Positions 1 to 9,453 of a DNA stretch of 64,000 nucleotides are shown piece after piece. The translations under genes were made by a program, and so were the position numbers. The notes below the pieces were generated by a model that saw only the letters and a list, made by a program, of their open reading frames with translations, was not told the DNA's origin and searched no databases. Each line of letters opens with the position of its first letter. Within the stretch, counting starts at the first letter, position 1. Origin of the DNA: an uncultured Chitinophagaceae bacterium (GTDB taxonomy: Bacteria; Bacteroidota; Bacteroidia; Chitinophagales; Chitinophagaceae); the NCBI GenBank assembly GCA_964605065.1, contig CAZSAQ010000003.1, positions 234,210-298,209 of the forward strand. Reading direction: 5' to 3'.

Positions 1-291
1 TCCGCCGCATTTTCCCAGGAAAAGAACAGCCTGTGGCTCTATGGCGGTCAGCAGGTCCATCACCGTGGCGGCAGTGGGACTTCCCATTCCGAAATTGATG
101 ATGGTAATCTCCCCGGCGGTGGCGCATTGCATGGGACGCTCAAGGCCAATTACCGGAACATTATGCCAGTCGGCAAACAGTTTTACGTAATTGCTGAAGT
201 TGGTGAGCAGGATGTATTTCCCGAAGTTTTCCAGGCTCTCGCCGGTGTAGCGGGGCAGCCAGTTTTCTACAATTTCATTTTTCGTCTTCAT
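1..291 (-). CDS. AMP nucleosidase-like / PNP-UDP family nucleoside phosphorylase, N-terminal 97 codons; the gene continues past the left edge
   Basis: Reverse-strand ATG at 289-291 with no stop to the window edge. Translation MKTKNEIVENWLPRYTGESLENFGKYILLTNFSNYVKLFADWHNV...ITIINFGMGSPTAATVMDLL...LFLGKCGG has the NFGMGxP/GKCGG phosphorylase-family motifs. Confidence 0.6.
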   Translation of the reverse strand, partial: MKTKNEIVENWLPRYTGESLENFGKYILLTNFSNYVKLFADWHNVPVIGLERPMQCATAGEITIINFGMGSPTAATVMDLLTAIEPQAVLFLGKCGG

Positions 292-336
292 ATTGAATCG
301 TCCGTTAAATCTCTAAATTTAGTTATTTCGCCTGTA

Positions 337-789
337 ATGATCAGAATAGACTATCCGCAACATGAATTCCGTACAAAAACGGAGAGCGACCAGGACTGGA
401 TCTTCGACGAATGGCGAAAACGTTGGGTCAGGCTGAGTCCCGAAGAATGGGTGCGGCAAAACTTTCTTCAATACCTAGTAAAGGTAGCGAATTACCCGGC
501 CTCACTGATCGCGGTAGAGAAGGAGATACGCCTGGGTGAAATGAAAAAGAGGTTTGATATCCTGGTGTATAATGCCAGCCATCAGCCCTGGATGCTGATC
601 GAATGCAAATCCATGGAGGTAAACCTGGGAGAGGATGTACTATCCCAGGCCCTGCGATATTCTCTCACCGTACCCGCGAATTATATACTGATCACCAACG
701 GACATTACTGTGCGGGATGGGAGAAAAAGGAGAACGGATTGCAGGATTTGCAAAGCATTCCGCCATGGAATTCATCGCAAATAAGTTAA
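337..789 (+). CDS. Stand-alone type I restriction enzyme HsdR N-terminal (PD-(D/E)XK nuclease-like) domain protein, about 150 aa
   Basis: ORF 127..789 overlaps the upstream minus-strand gene. ATG at 337 (MIRIDYPQHEF) follows a TAAATTTAG -7-like box. Motifs RFDILVYN...PWMLIECK...ANYILITNG are typical of the HsdR_N family common in Bacteroidota. Confidence 0.7.
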   Translation: MIRIDYPQHEFRTKTESDQDWIFDEWRKRWVRLSPEEWVRQNFLQYLVKVANYPASLIAVEKEIRLGEMKKRFDILVYNASHQPWMLIECKSMEVNLGEDVLSQALRYSLTVPANYILITNGHYCAGWEKKENGLQDLQSIPPWNSSQIS

Positions 790-851
790 CCTGTCGCTGC
801 GTGACACAGGCAGGCAGCTGCCATTGTACAGATCCTGTTTTTTATTTCATG

Positions 852-3800
852 TTACCGGATCAGAAGCAGGTTGCCTGTTCTCTTGATTTCGCCGCAGAAC
901 GATGAGGCCCTGATCACGTAAACATAGCCTCCGGGGTCTTGCATTTTCCCATTAACGCGGCCATCCCAGCATCGGGTAGGGTCTTTCGTCGAAAATACCC
1001 TTTGACCCCAGCGGTTGAAGATGGAAAATTCTTTTATGGTTACCCCACCCCATTTCTGGATGCCGAAACAATCGTTCCGGCCATCCCCGTTTGGAGTAAA
1101 GGCATTGGGTAAAGTAAATACGATGTTGCCGCCATTGGTCACTTTAACCACGACCTCAGCGCTCGACTCGCATCCCTTGTTATCCTTTCCTGTTACCCGG
1201 TAGGTCTGCGTAGTGCTCGGGCTGGCAACAGGGTTTGCACTGTTTGGATTACTCAGGGTGGAGGCGGGAGACCAGGTGTAAGTCTGTGCTCCGGTTGCGT
1301 TCAGCACGGCCGAGGGGCTGCTGCAATCAATATCATTGGACCGGGTTGCAGCAACCGCGGGAGTATCGTTGACTGTTACTACTACATTGAAAACGCTATC
1401 GTACTGGCAGGTCCTTTCTGTAACTCTGACCGTAAGCGAACTGGTAGTACCGGGTGTAAAAACCGGATTTTGTCCGGCAGGGTTATCCAGGAACACCGAT
1501 GGGGTCCAGCTGTAATCTACCGTACCACCATTATTTCCCTGAAGTTGCACAGTTTTACCCAAACATACCTGCACGCCTGCTAAGGGAGCATTGAATACAG
1601 GTTTGGGTATGATGCTCACAAGAACCGAATCGGTTGCCGAGCATAGTGACTGGTCACTAACAGTTAAATAAAACCGCGTGGTTGCCGGTACGGTGGCTAC
1701 GGGCTGTGCGATACCTGCATCGCTTAAGAAATTTCCGGGACTCCAGGAGTAACTACCTCCGCCAGATCCCTGCAAAGTAACGGGCTGGTTGAGACAAACC
1801 AACTGATCAGGACCAGCCTGCGCAGTGGCAGTATCGACTCTTACATCCAGTAATGTACTGTCTGTACATCCTGCAATATCTGTTACTACCAGTTTAACCT
1901 GGTACTGCCCGGCTCTGGAATACAAATGACTGATCGCAGTTGATGCGGAGCTGGAGGTATTACCATCACCGAAATACCAGCGGTAATTGTTGATAGCATC
2001 CCGTTGAACCTGTACGTTTGAAGCGAACTGCAGGTTGCGGCAGGCCACCAGCTGCGGGTTGATCTGTATGGTTCCGATATTTTTTACAAACTGCGTGGAA
2101 GCTACCGGTATCTGCAGCGAATACAGTGAAACGCCGCTTTGGCCTGACGTTGCTCCCCAGGGATTGTTGTTGTCTTTTGTTATGACACCGTTCAGCCCTC
2201 CGTTCTGTATGTTGCTGATTGATGCGGGCAATCCGGCATTGCTAAACCAGGCGATACCGCCACCGCCTCCACCACCTGGTCCAATCCTTCCTCCACCCAC
2301 AGTGTTATAGATGATGAGATCTCCTCCTTTTCCTCCTGCTGTATTGGTGGTGGTTGCTGACAGAATTGTGTTTGCCTGCAACAGAATCGTTCCCCCGCCA
2401 CCACCGCCGCCGCTGCCATCGTGGCAATTGTCGGCATTGGGAAGCATACATTGCACCGCATTTGCTCCTCTCGCTGTGATCGAGTTTCCAAATCCTTCCA
2501 GGAACCCGGTTCGCAGAATGATGATCCCGCCGCCATTTCCGCCGTCCATATTGATGCCGGCCGGTTGATTGCAATGGCCGGCGCCGCCGCCACCACCCAG
2601 GTAGATCCTGTTGGCGGCATTTGAATAGGGAAGAGACTTGCCACCCCATCCGCGGTTATCGAAACTTGTTCCGGTACAATCTTCCAATTGGTAACCTCCA
2701 AATCCTCCCGTGCCTCCATTGGCCCCTCCGCCACCTCCGGAATTATGATCCAGTCCTCCGCCACCTGCACTGGCAGGAGAACCCTTCCCATTCCTGTACG
2801 GAACAGACAAAGAAGTAATAGATTCTCCTTTGGGAGCAGCCAGCGTGCTTCCTGCCGGATAGATATATTCGTTTTGCGAACAGTTGGACTGTAACACCAG
2901 CGAGTTGATGGCTTTACCACCTGCAAATCCTTTTCCCGTTACATCCATATCTGCCGCCATGATCAGGGTATCTCTTACATCAAAAGCCAGGATGCCACCG
3001 ATCTTGCCATTCCAGGGCAGACTGGTGAGTTTGTCGATGATGGTGGCTGTCTGATAATAGGGAATTCTCACCAACTGAACAGCAGCACCCGGAAAATCAT
3101 ATTGTTTGAGAATAACATTTCGAAGGATGATCGAGTTGCCCGATACCTGGTCCACGAGGTTGTATTCATAATTGCCCGCGTTTCGGTAATTGAGTACGTT
3201 TCCAAAGGCGGCAGAATTGGTAGAATCTACAATGGCGCCTTTCATTTGTATCAATAAAACCGTATCGCCTGTTTTGAAGGAAGAAGCGTCCGATACATTG
3301 AGTGCATTCGTGCATTTGTCCAGGCTTATCACTTCTGTATAAGAATTGATGACGCCTGTTATAGGGGTACCCCTGGGATGGCAGATTGCATCCGGTACAA
3401 CGGAAAGAACGATGATGTTGGAACGAACGCGGCACAGGGTTTCATCCACATTACTTCCTTCGCCGGCAATCATCCGGTACAGGATATGAGTGACGGCACC
3501 TACCGACGGGGCAACAAAATTATACTGGAAAACTGCCGAGGCAGGGATGTCCGACCAGTTCTGGCCCTGATCGTTGCTCACCTGCCAGCGATAGGCGGGA
3601 GTGGCATAGCCGGCAGACAGACTGCCGAAGAGGGTAACGGGGTCACCCGCGCATACACGGAGCGAATCCAATTGCAGGGACCCGCTGAAGGATGCATTGG
3701 CGTTGGGACCGCAGGGGCGAAAAGTAATATCGTCGATAGCCAGGTCATTTCCAGGCTGGGCAGTACCTCCCACACTGTTGTTGATCATTTTCAGAACAAC

Positions 3801-5060
3801 GGAAGATTCCCCGGCGGGCAGCGTAAACAAAAATCCAAATTGTTTCCAGGTAAAAACCGATGTTTCAGAAATGGGCCCGGTATTATAAGCGGCAATAAGG
3901 GTACCATCCGTTTTTTCAATCCGGAAAGTGATATTCGGATCCACCCCGTCCAGAAATGCCGGGTTCAGGCAGTTGGCAATCCATGCTGCAAATTCGTAGG
4001 TCGTCGATCCGCAGAGATTGTTGACTGTTTGCCGGTAAAATTCAAGTCCCGCTGTTTCCTGGGAATTATAGAAGGCCAGGTATCCGTTAACGTCGTTCGG
4101 AGTATGATCGGGCATGCCGGAGAACCAGGGGCCATTGAAAGGGGTATTGTTGGTGATGGTGTATTGACCGTCTTGTGGGGTGGGAGTGGCAGGATTGCCG
4201 TTTACCGAAACATAGGAAAGGGTGGTTGAGGCGCCCGGCTGAACTACAGGAAGCGGGTTGCCCGGGTTGGCACCTGCTCCGAAAGTGATGTTGACTACCG
4301 GATCGCCGAGTGAACCGGTGCACAGGACATTGGTTGCCTCGCAAAGAGCCTGAACTTCCTGCAAATTAAGGGCGCGATTATAGATTCTGACATCATCAAT
4401 TTTACCTTTGAATTTCAGATTATCACCTGTCCACCAGGATCCGATCAACAACTGCGTGTTGTTGCATTGAAGGAGGTTCGTATATGGCAAGATCTTCGTA
4501 TCAGAAAGTACTCCGTCCACATAAATTTTCAATACTGAATTTTCAAAGGTGCCTACCAGGCAATGCCATTGATTAGTGGAAAAATTTGAAATTGATTTAA
4601 CGAACGGGTTGCTGGGATCGTAAGGATATTGTTGATTACAACTGGCAATGTTGGGAATAGTACCAAAGAAAAAGCCGGCCTGCACATCATAGTTGATACC
4701 CAAGTGGTATGTCGCCGCGAAACCGTCGGTGTAACTGATTTTGCCAACAACAGTTTGCGAAATGGAAGATTCCGTATAAATCATCGCGGAGACGGTCACA
4801 GCAGTGGGTGACAGGCCCCCGTTATCATTTACTTCAATATAGTCGTCAATTCCATCAAAATAATAAGCACTGTTGGGGCTGCCGAACCGGTCGGTTGTGA
4901 GCGTCGGTCCATTTCTTGTAACTCCATGAAAACCGTTACCGGAAGCGTCATTGGCGTTTCCCGAAAAGGGATAAAAGGCCAGAAGGCCATTGTTCAGATT
5001 AACCTGGGAAATACCGTTCAAAGTGAGTATAAGAAATCCAGCTATTAATACAGGTCTCAT
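852..5060 (-). CDS. Giant secreted cell-surface adhesin: signal peptide, LamG/concanavalin-like lectin domain, glycine-rich block, Ig/PKD-like repeats and a T9SS type-B (gliding-motility/CHU_C) C-terminal sorting domain
   Basis: The N-terminus MRPVLIAGFLILTLNGISQ is a signal peptide. FYPFSGNANDASGNGFHG...LKFKGKIDDVRIYNRAL is LamG-like. A Gly-rich stretch reads GGGGLDHNSGGGGGANGGTGGFGG....GSGGGGGGG. The C-terminus NAFTPNGDGRNDCFGIQKWGGV...YVIRASSFCGEIKRTGNLLLIR is a T9SS CTD. Confidence 0.85.
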   Translation of the reverse strand: MRPVLIAGFLILTLNGISQVNLNNGLLAFYPFSGNANDASGNGFHGVTRNGPTLTTDRFGSPNSAYYFDGIDDYIEVNDNGGLSPTAVTVSAMIYTESSISQTVVGKISYTDGFAATYHLGINYDVQAGFFFGTIPNIASCNQQYPYDPSNPFVKSISNFSTNQWHCLVGTFENSVLKIYVDGVLSDTKILPYTNLLQCNNTQLLIGSWWTGDNLKFKGKIDDVRIYNRALNLQEVQALCEATNVLCTGSLGDPVVNITFGAGANPGNPLPVVQPGASTTLSYVSVNGNPATPTPQDGQYTITNNTPFNGPWFSGMPDHTPNDVNGYLAFYNSQETAGLEFYRQTVNNLCGSTTYEFAAWIANCLNPAFLDGVDPNITFRIEKTDGTLIAAYNTGPISETSVFTWKQFGFLFTLPAGESSVVLKMINNSVGGTAQPGNDLAIDDITFRPCGPNANASFSGSLQLDSLRVCAGDPVTLFGSLSAGYATPAYRWQVSNDQGQNWSDIPASAVFQYNFVAPSVGAVTHILYRMIAGEGSNVDETLCRVRSNIIVLSVVPDAICHPRGTPITGVINSYTEVISLDKCTNALNVSDASSFKTGDTVLLIQMKGAIVDSTNSAAFGNVLNYRNAGNYEYNLVDQVSGNSIILRNVILKQYDFPGAAVQLVRIPYYQTATIIDKLTSLPWNGKIGGILAFDVRDTLIMAADMDVTGKGFAGGKAINSLVLQSNCSQNEYIYPAGSTLAAPKGESITSLSVPYRNGKGSPASAGGGGLDHNSGGGGGANGGTGGFGGYQLEDCTGTSFDNRGWGGKSLPYSNAANRIYLGGGGGAGHCNQPAGINMDGGNGGGIIILRTGFLEGFGNSITARGANAVQCMLPNADNCHDGSGGGGGGGTILLQANTILSATTTNTAGGKGGDLIIYNTVGGGRIGPGGGGGGGIAWFSNAGLPASISNIQNGGLNGVITKDNNNPWGATSGQSGVSLYSLQIPVASTQFVKNIGTIQINPQLVACRNLQFASNVQVQRDAINNYRWYFGDGNTSSSASTAISHLYSRAGQYQVKLVVTDIAGCTDSTLLDVRVDTATAQAGPDQLVCLNQPVTLQGSGGGSYSWSPGNFLSDAGIAQPVATVPATTRFYLTVSDQSLCSATDSVLVSIIPKPVFNAPLAGVQVCLGKTVQLQGNNGGTVDYSWTPSVFLDNPAGQNPVFTPGTTSSLTVRVTERTCQYDSVFNVVVTVNDTPAVAATRSNDIDCSSPSAVLNATGAQTYTWSPASTLSNPNSANPVASPSTTQTYRVTGKDNKGCESSAEVVVKVTNGGNIVFTLPNAFTPNGDGRNDCFGIQKWGGVTIKEFSIFNRWGQRVFSTKDPTRCWDGRVNGKMQDPGGYVYVIRASSFCGEIKRTGNLLLIR

Positions 5061-5107
5061 TATTTAATATTCAGGGTTTTGGAGTAGGCCAAACGTGCCG
5101 AAAATGG

Positions 5108-5115
5108 TACTTTTG
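5108..5115 (+). promoter_or_regulatory. Bacteroidota sigma-A -7 element (TAnnTTTG) for the glycosyltransferase operon
   Basis: 'TACTTTTG' lies 22 nt upstream of the ATG at 5137, with an A-rich short leader. Confidence 0.5.
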
Positions 5116-5136
5116 CCAAATTAAAAAAAGCTCCTG

Positions 5137-5967
5137 ATGCTACCAAGAATTTCGATTGTTATTCCCTGTTACAACCAGGGAAGCTGGTTGCTGGAGACCC
5201 TCGAAAGTCTGAATCTTTGCGACAGACAGCTTTTTGAGGTTATAGTCGTGAATGATGGATCTTCAGATCAAACCACGGTTAAGATTTTAACTGAGCTGAA
5301 AAATCAGGGGCTGAATGTTATTTTCCAGGAAAATGCCGGGCTTTCCGCAGCCAGGAACGCCGGAATAAATATTTCCAAGGGAGATTTTATTCTGCCGCTG
5401 GACTCCGATAACAAAATCAGGCCCGCCTATTTAACCCGGGCACTAGAAATTTTCGATAAGTGCCCTGAAGTTGATGTGGTATATGGAAACGCATTGTATT
5501 TTGGTGCCAGGGAAGGAGAATGGAAACCAGGCTCTTTCAATTTGCAAAAAATAATGATATCAAATTATATCGATGCCTGTGCGTTAGTCAGAAAAGAAAA
5601 ACTAAAGACGATTGGCTTGTATGATATCGCAATGAGAGATGGTTGGGAGGATTGGGATCTTTGGCTGCGTATAGCATTTTCAGATGGAAGATTTTTTTAT
5701 ATCGATGAAATATTATGGGACTATCGGGTTACTCAGAATTCCATGTCCAAAACTCTATATCGCTCCTATGAGAAGCCAAATAAAATAGAGAATTATGTTA
5801 ATGCCAAATATCCTGACAAGATGGGTCAGCAATATCTTGTTCAGAATATGATCAAAAGGTTCAAATCCTCGCCACTTCTATATATCGGAAAACTGGTCAT
5901 TCGGGCTTACTTTCCGAAGTACTATGATAAGTTACTTCAGAAAAATAAAATCAGAAACGGAATATGA
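5137..5967 (+). CDS. Glycosyltransferase family 2
   Basis: SIVIPCYNQGSWLLETLESL...VIVVNDGSSD is a GT2 motif with a DXD-like DSD. It is the first gene of a tightly packed operon. Confidence 0.85.
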   Translation: MLPRISIVIPCYNQGSWLLETLESLNLCDRQLFEVIVVNDGSSDQTTVKILTELKNQGLNVIFQENAGLSAARNAGINISKGDFILPLDSDNKIRPAYLTRALEIFDKCPEVDVVYGNALYFGAREGEWKPGSFNLQKIMISNYIDACALVRKEKLKTIGLYDIAMRDGWEDWDLWLRIAFSDGRFFYIDEILWDYRVTQNSMSKTLYRSYEKPNKIENYVNAKYPDKMGQQYLVQNMIKRFKSSPLLYIGKLVIRAYFPKYYDKLLQKNKIRNGI

Positions 5968-6722
5968 TAGAGTCACAACACTATACCGAGAATTTTTATG
6001 CTGGACAACAGGATGGGTCGCTTTCTTCGGCAAAAGAAATTCTCCCATTGATAAAAGAAGTCTTGAATCCACAATCGGTCGTAGATGTGGGATGCGGGGT
6101 TGGATATTGGTTGAGTGTGTGGCATAATTGGGGGATCACCGATATTTTAGGCGTTGAAGGGCCTTACGTTAAGCCTGAGTTTCTAAAGGTTCCTGTTGGT
6201 AAGGTAATTTTGCAGGATCTGAAAGACCCGCTTCCCATAAACAGAAAGTTTGACCTGGCTATGTCTTTGGAAGTTGCCGAACATCTCCCCACATCTTTTT
6301 CTGACTCATTCGTTGAAACACTTTGTTCGCTAAGCGATGTTGTGTTGTTTTCAGCTGCGATACCCGGACAGGAAGGCACCTATCATATTAACGAGCAAGT
6401 GCCTGAATTCTGGGCCGAAAAATTCATGAAAAGGGGGTTTGTTCCTGTAGATTGCGTACGCGATAAAGTTTGGAACTCACCTAACGTTGAATGGTGGTAT
6501 CAGCAAAACGTTCTATTATTTGTGAGGAAGTCTGTATTGGATCGTTATCCATTGTGGAAGACGGCAAGTGAGAAAACTAACCCCACCTCATTGTTCAGGG
6601 TACATCCCTGGATTTACTTCTATCATTACCGGCAGAAAAAGCAAATGACCTCTATGGTCGGTTACCTGCGATGGAAGCTTTATCCGCTGAAAAAATGGGT
6701 TAAATCATTTTCAAAAAAATAG
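5964..6722 (+). CDS. Class I SAM-dependent methyltransferase
   Basis: VVDVGCGVGYW is the SAM-binding motif I. It overlaps the upstream stop by 4 nt (ATGA). Confidence 0.75.
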   Translation: MIESQHYTENFYAGQQDGSLSSAKEILPLIKEVLNPQSVVDVGCGVGYWLSVWHNWGITDILGVEGPYVKPEFLKVPVGKVILQDLKDPLPINRKFDLAMSLEVAEHLPTSFSDSFVETLCSLSDVVLFSAAIPGQEGTYHINEQVPEFWAEKFMKRGFVPVDCVRDKVWNSPNVEWWYQQNVLLFVRKSVLDRYPLWKTASEKTNPTSLFRVHPWIYFYHYRQKKQMTSMVGYLRWKLYPLKKWVKSFSKK

Positions 6723-6726
6723 CGGT

Positions 6727-7437
6727 ATGCGAGAAAAAGGACTAGTGAGGTTAAGTTCCTTATCTCTGGATAAGAACAGTTCCGATTATATTGTTATGCG
6801 ATATCTGATCGAGGATTTAACCGCTCATATCCGAAGTCATGCATCGGGGAAATTGTTGGATGTTGGCTGTGGTAATAAGCCGTATGAATCGTTGTTTGAG
6901 GGGAAAATACTAAGCTATACAGGATGCGATGTCGTACAGAGCAGCCTTTCAAGAGTGGATGTTATTTGTGAGGCTACCAATCTGGCATTTAAAAACGGAC
7001 AATTTGATACGGTATTCAGCACTCAGGTGATTGAACATGTGAGTGATCCATTTAAGATGCTTGATGAAATATACAGAGTGTTGAAACCGGGCGGTACATT
7101 AATTATTTCGGCTCCGTTTTGCTGGGAGCTTCATGAAGAACCTTATGATTTCTATAGATATTCTAAATACGGCTTGCGGGCGATGATCGAAGGACGGGGA
7201 TTTGAGATTGACACAATTAAAGCAAATGGAGGAAAATGGGCAGCAATCGGACAACTTAATGTCAATATCATTTATTCATCTTTCGCCAGGAAGAGTTTTT
7301 TTGTGAAACTGCTAAAAGGCGTTTTTATCAAACTGAGATTTACCTCCTTATGGAATCGGTTCTTTTTATGGCTGGATCGAAAATATCCCAGTGATCTACT
7401 TACCTTGAATTATGTGGTTGTGGCAAAACGAAAATAA
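6727..7437 (+). CDS. Class I SAM-dependent methyltransferase (Methyltransf_11-like)
   Basis: LLDVGCGNKPY ... LKPGGTLIISAP. Confidence 0.8.
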   Translation: MREKGLVRLSSLSLDKNSSDYIVMRYLIEDLTAHIRSHASGKLLDVGCGNKPYESLFEGKILSYTGCDVVQSSLSRVDVICEATNLAFKNGQFDTVFSTQVIEHVSDPFKMLDEIYRVLKPGGTLIISAPFCWELHEEPYDFYRYSKYGLRAMIEGRGFEIDTIKANGGKWAAIGQLNVNIIYSSFARKSFFVKLLKGVFIKLRFTSLWNRFFLWLDRKYPSDLLTLNYVVVAKRK

Positions 7438-7458
7438 TAAAACCAACTATCGTTGAGG

Positions 7459-8418
7459 ATGCCTTTCTTCTCCATCTGTATTCCTGCTTACAAGCGAGGC
7501 GAGCTGCTGGCAAGGCTGCTCGATTCAATTCGTTCACAACAGTTCCGCGACTTTGAAGTAATAGTAACGGATGATAGCCCGGATGACTCGGTTCAGAAAG
7601 TCTGTGAAAAATTTTCCGGCGATTTCACCCTTCGTTATTTCAAGAACAACCCCGCCCTGGGAACACCGGAGAATTGGAATGAAGCGATCCGGCATGCCGG
7701 GGGACAATGGATAAAAATTATGCACGACGACGACTGGCTGGCGGCGCCAGACAGTCTCGAAGAATACAAAAACCTTATCGAACAAAACCCACAGGCATCG
7801 TTCCTGTTCTCTGCCTCTACTATTGTGAAGGAAGATGGCACAACCGAACACTTCGAAACCAGTGAGGGGAATCGCCGGCTGTTGATAAAAGATCCTGCAA
7901 ACCTGTTTTATAAAAACTTTATAGGGCCGCCCAGTGTTGTTTTGTATCAGGCAGATCCTGAGATCATTTACGATCGCAACATGAAGTGGCTCGTGGATGT
8001 TGACTTCTATTACCGCTACCTGAGCCGCTATCCGAATTTTGCCATGACCCGCAAAGCGCTGGTGAAAGTAGGTTTCAACCCGGGGCAGGTTACCAACGCG
8101 GTCATCCATGATCCGTACATAGTGATTCCGGAGACTTTGTTGTGGCTTCAAAAAACCGGCATCCATATCTTTCGCCGGGTGCGCAACTACGATGCGGCCT
8201 GGAGGCTGATGAGAAATTACCGGATCCGGTCTTTGGAACAACTGGAAGAGTTAAAACCACCCGGCTTCACCGGGAAGATTCCGGCAGTGTTTCCCCAGAT
8301 TCTTTCGAAACAAAGGCATATCCCGATCGAGGTGCTCAGGATGGGGGTATTGTCAAAATTCTTTATGTTTATTAGTTATCTTGGCTACTGTGTACAGGCT
8401 AAAACAAACCAACCCTAA
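7459..8418 (+). CDS. Glycosyltransferase family 2
   Basis: MPFFSICIPAYKRGELLARLLDSIRSQQFRDFEVIVTDDSPDD. The track ORF starts at TTG 7453 and the ATG at 7459 is preferred. Confidence 0.8.
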   Translation: MPFFSICIPAYKRGELLARLLDSIRSQQFRDFEVIVTDDSPDDSVQKVCEKFSGDFTLRYFKNNPALGTPENWNEAIRHAGGQWIKIMHDDDWLAAPDSLEEYKNLIEQNPQASFLFSASTIVKEDGTTEHFETSEGNRRLLIKDPANLFYKNFIGPPSVVLYQADPEIIYDRNMKWLVDVDFYYRYLSRYPNFAMTRKALVKVGFNPGQVTNAVIHDPYIVIPETLLWLQKTGIHIFRRVRNYDAAWRLMRNYRIRSLEQLEELKPPGFTGKIPAVFPQILSKQRHIPIEVLRMGVLSKFFMFISYLGYCVQAKTNQP

Positions 8419-8448
8419 CTTCGTACGGCCAGGCCACACCTTTCATCA

Positions 8449-9453
8449 ATGGATTTAAGTATCATCATTGTAAATTATAGAACACCCAAACTGGTTCTCG
8501 ATTGCATCCGGTCGATACGGTCGTTCCCAGCCCGTATCCGTTACGAGATCATTGTGGTGGACAATGCTTCGGGCGACCAGGGCCAGCAGGAAATTCAATC
8601 TTTCTATCCGGAGGTTCGCTGGATACAGATGGAATATAATGCCGGTTTTGCACGCGCCAATAATGAAGGCATCAGGCGCAGCGAAGCCAGGGCGGTACTT
8701 CTTCTGAATTCAGATACACTCATAGAAGACGATGCCATTCAGCTTTGTTTTGAACGACTGATGGGATCAGACTACGTAGCTGGCGGAGTTCAATTGCTGA
8801 ATGAAGACAGCAGCCCGCAGATCTCGGGGAATTTTTTTATGAAAGGAAGCCTGAACAACCTGCTTCCCCTGCCTTATGTAGGCTGGCTGGTCAAACAAAT
8901 GGGTTTACTCTTCTCTGTAAAAAAGCCCAATGTGCCGGATGCAACTGGCCTAACGGAAGTAGATTGGATCAATGGCGCATTTCTGATGATCAAAAGGTCG
9001 GCTTTTGAAAAAGTGGGTCTGATGGACGAGGACTTTTTTCTGTACGCAGAGGAAGCAGAATGGTGTGCCCGGCTGGGTAAATCAGGTCGCCTGGTAATTT
9101 ATGGTGATCTGCATGTATTGCATTTACAGGGCGAAAGTTCAAACAAGGCTTTTGGTTCCTCAGGTCGCGGATACTACAATCTGTCTGACAGGAAAGGCAA
9201 ACAGATCATGCTTTCCAATTTTGTGCGAATAAGAAAACAATTTGGCGGAGCCTGGTTTCTCTTTCACCTGTTAGCGTATACGATAACCATACCTGTATTT
9301 GCGATACTGGGTTTTTTTCACTACCTCTTCCAGCCTGATCAGTTCCCGGCGTTTATTCGGTCATTGGCCGGATTCACCGCAAATGTTTTCGGTTGCTGGC
9401 GGTTTTTACTCCCTATTCTTGGCAACAAGCCTTATTTTTATAAGGTTCTATGA
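8449..9453 (+). CDS. Glycosyltransferase family 2 with C-terminal transmembrane helices (GtrB/CsbB-like polyprenyl-phosphate sugar synthase architecture)
   Basis: LSIIIVNYRTPKLVLDCIRSI...IIVVDNASGD. The C-terminal hydrophobic segments are AWFLFHLLAYTITIPVFAILGFF and FGCWRFLLPILG. Confidence 0.8.
   Translation: MDLSIIIVNYRTPKLVLDCIRSIRSFPARIRYEIIVVDNASGDQGQQEIQSFYPEVRWIQMEYNAGFARANNEGIRRSEARAVLLLNSDTLIEDDAIQLCFERLMGSDYVAGGVQLLNEDSSPQISGNFFMKGSLNNLLPLPYVGWLVKQMGLLFSVKKPNVPDATGLTEVDWINGAFLMIKRSAFEKVGLMDEDFFLYAEEAEWCARLGKSGRLVIYGDLHVLHLQGESSNKAFGSSGRGYYNLSDRKGKQIMLSNFVRIRKQFGGAWFLFHLLAYTITIPVFAILGFFHYLFQPDQFPAFIRSLAGFTANVFGCWRFLLPILGNKPYFYKVL

Noticed and set aside
127-336. N-terminal 70 codons of the 127..789 track ORF
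   Set aside because: This part overlaps the minus-strand AMP-nucleosidase-like gene and translates to a non-homologous sequence. The internal ATG at 337, preceded by a -7-like box, gives the standard about 150-aa HsdR_N protein.
789-852. Candidate terminator between the HsdR_N and adhesin genes (ggcagctgcc palindrome, acag/ctgt + T6)
   Set aside because: The stems are only 4-5 bp or loop-less self-complementary 10-mers. This is too weak to call confidently.
3378-4229. 283-aa ORF antisense to the adhesin gene, and the Pro/Arg-rich ORFs at 2035-2926
   Set aside because: They lie entirely inside the 1402-aa adhesin CDS on the opposite strand or in other frames. Their composition (PPPPPPP, RRRRWW) mirrors the Gly-rich codons of the real gene. 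These are GC-rich antisense artefacts.
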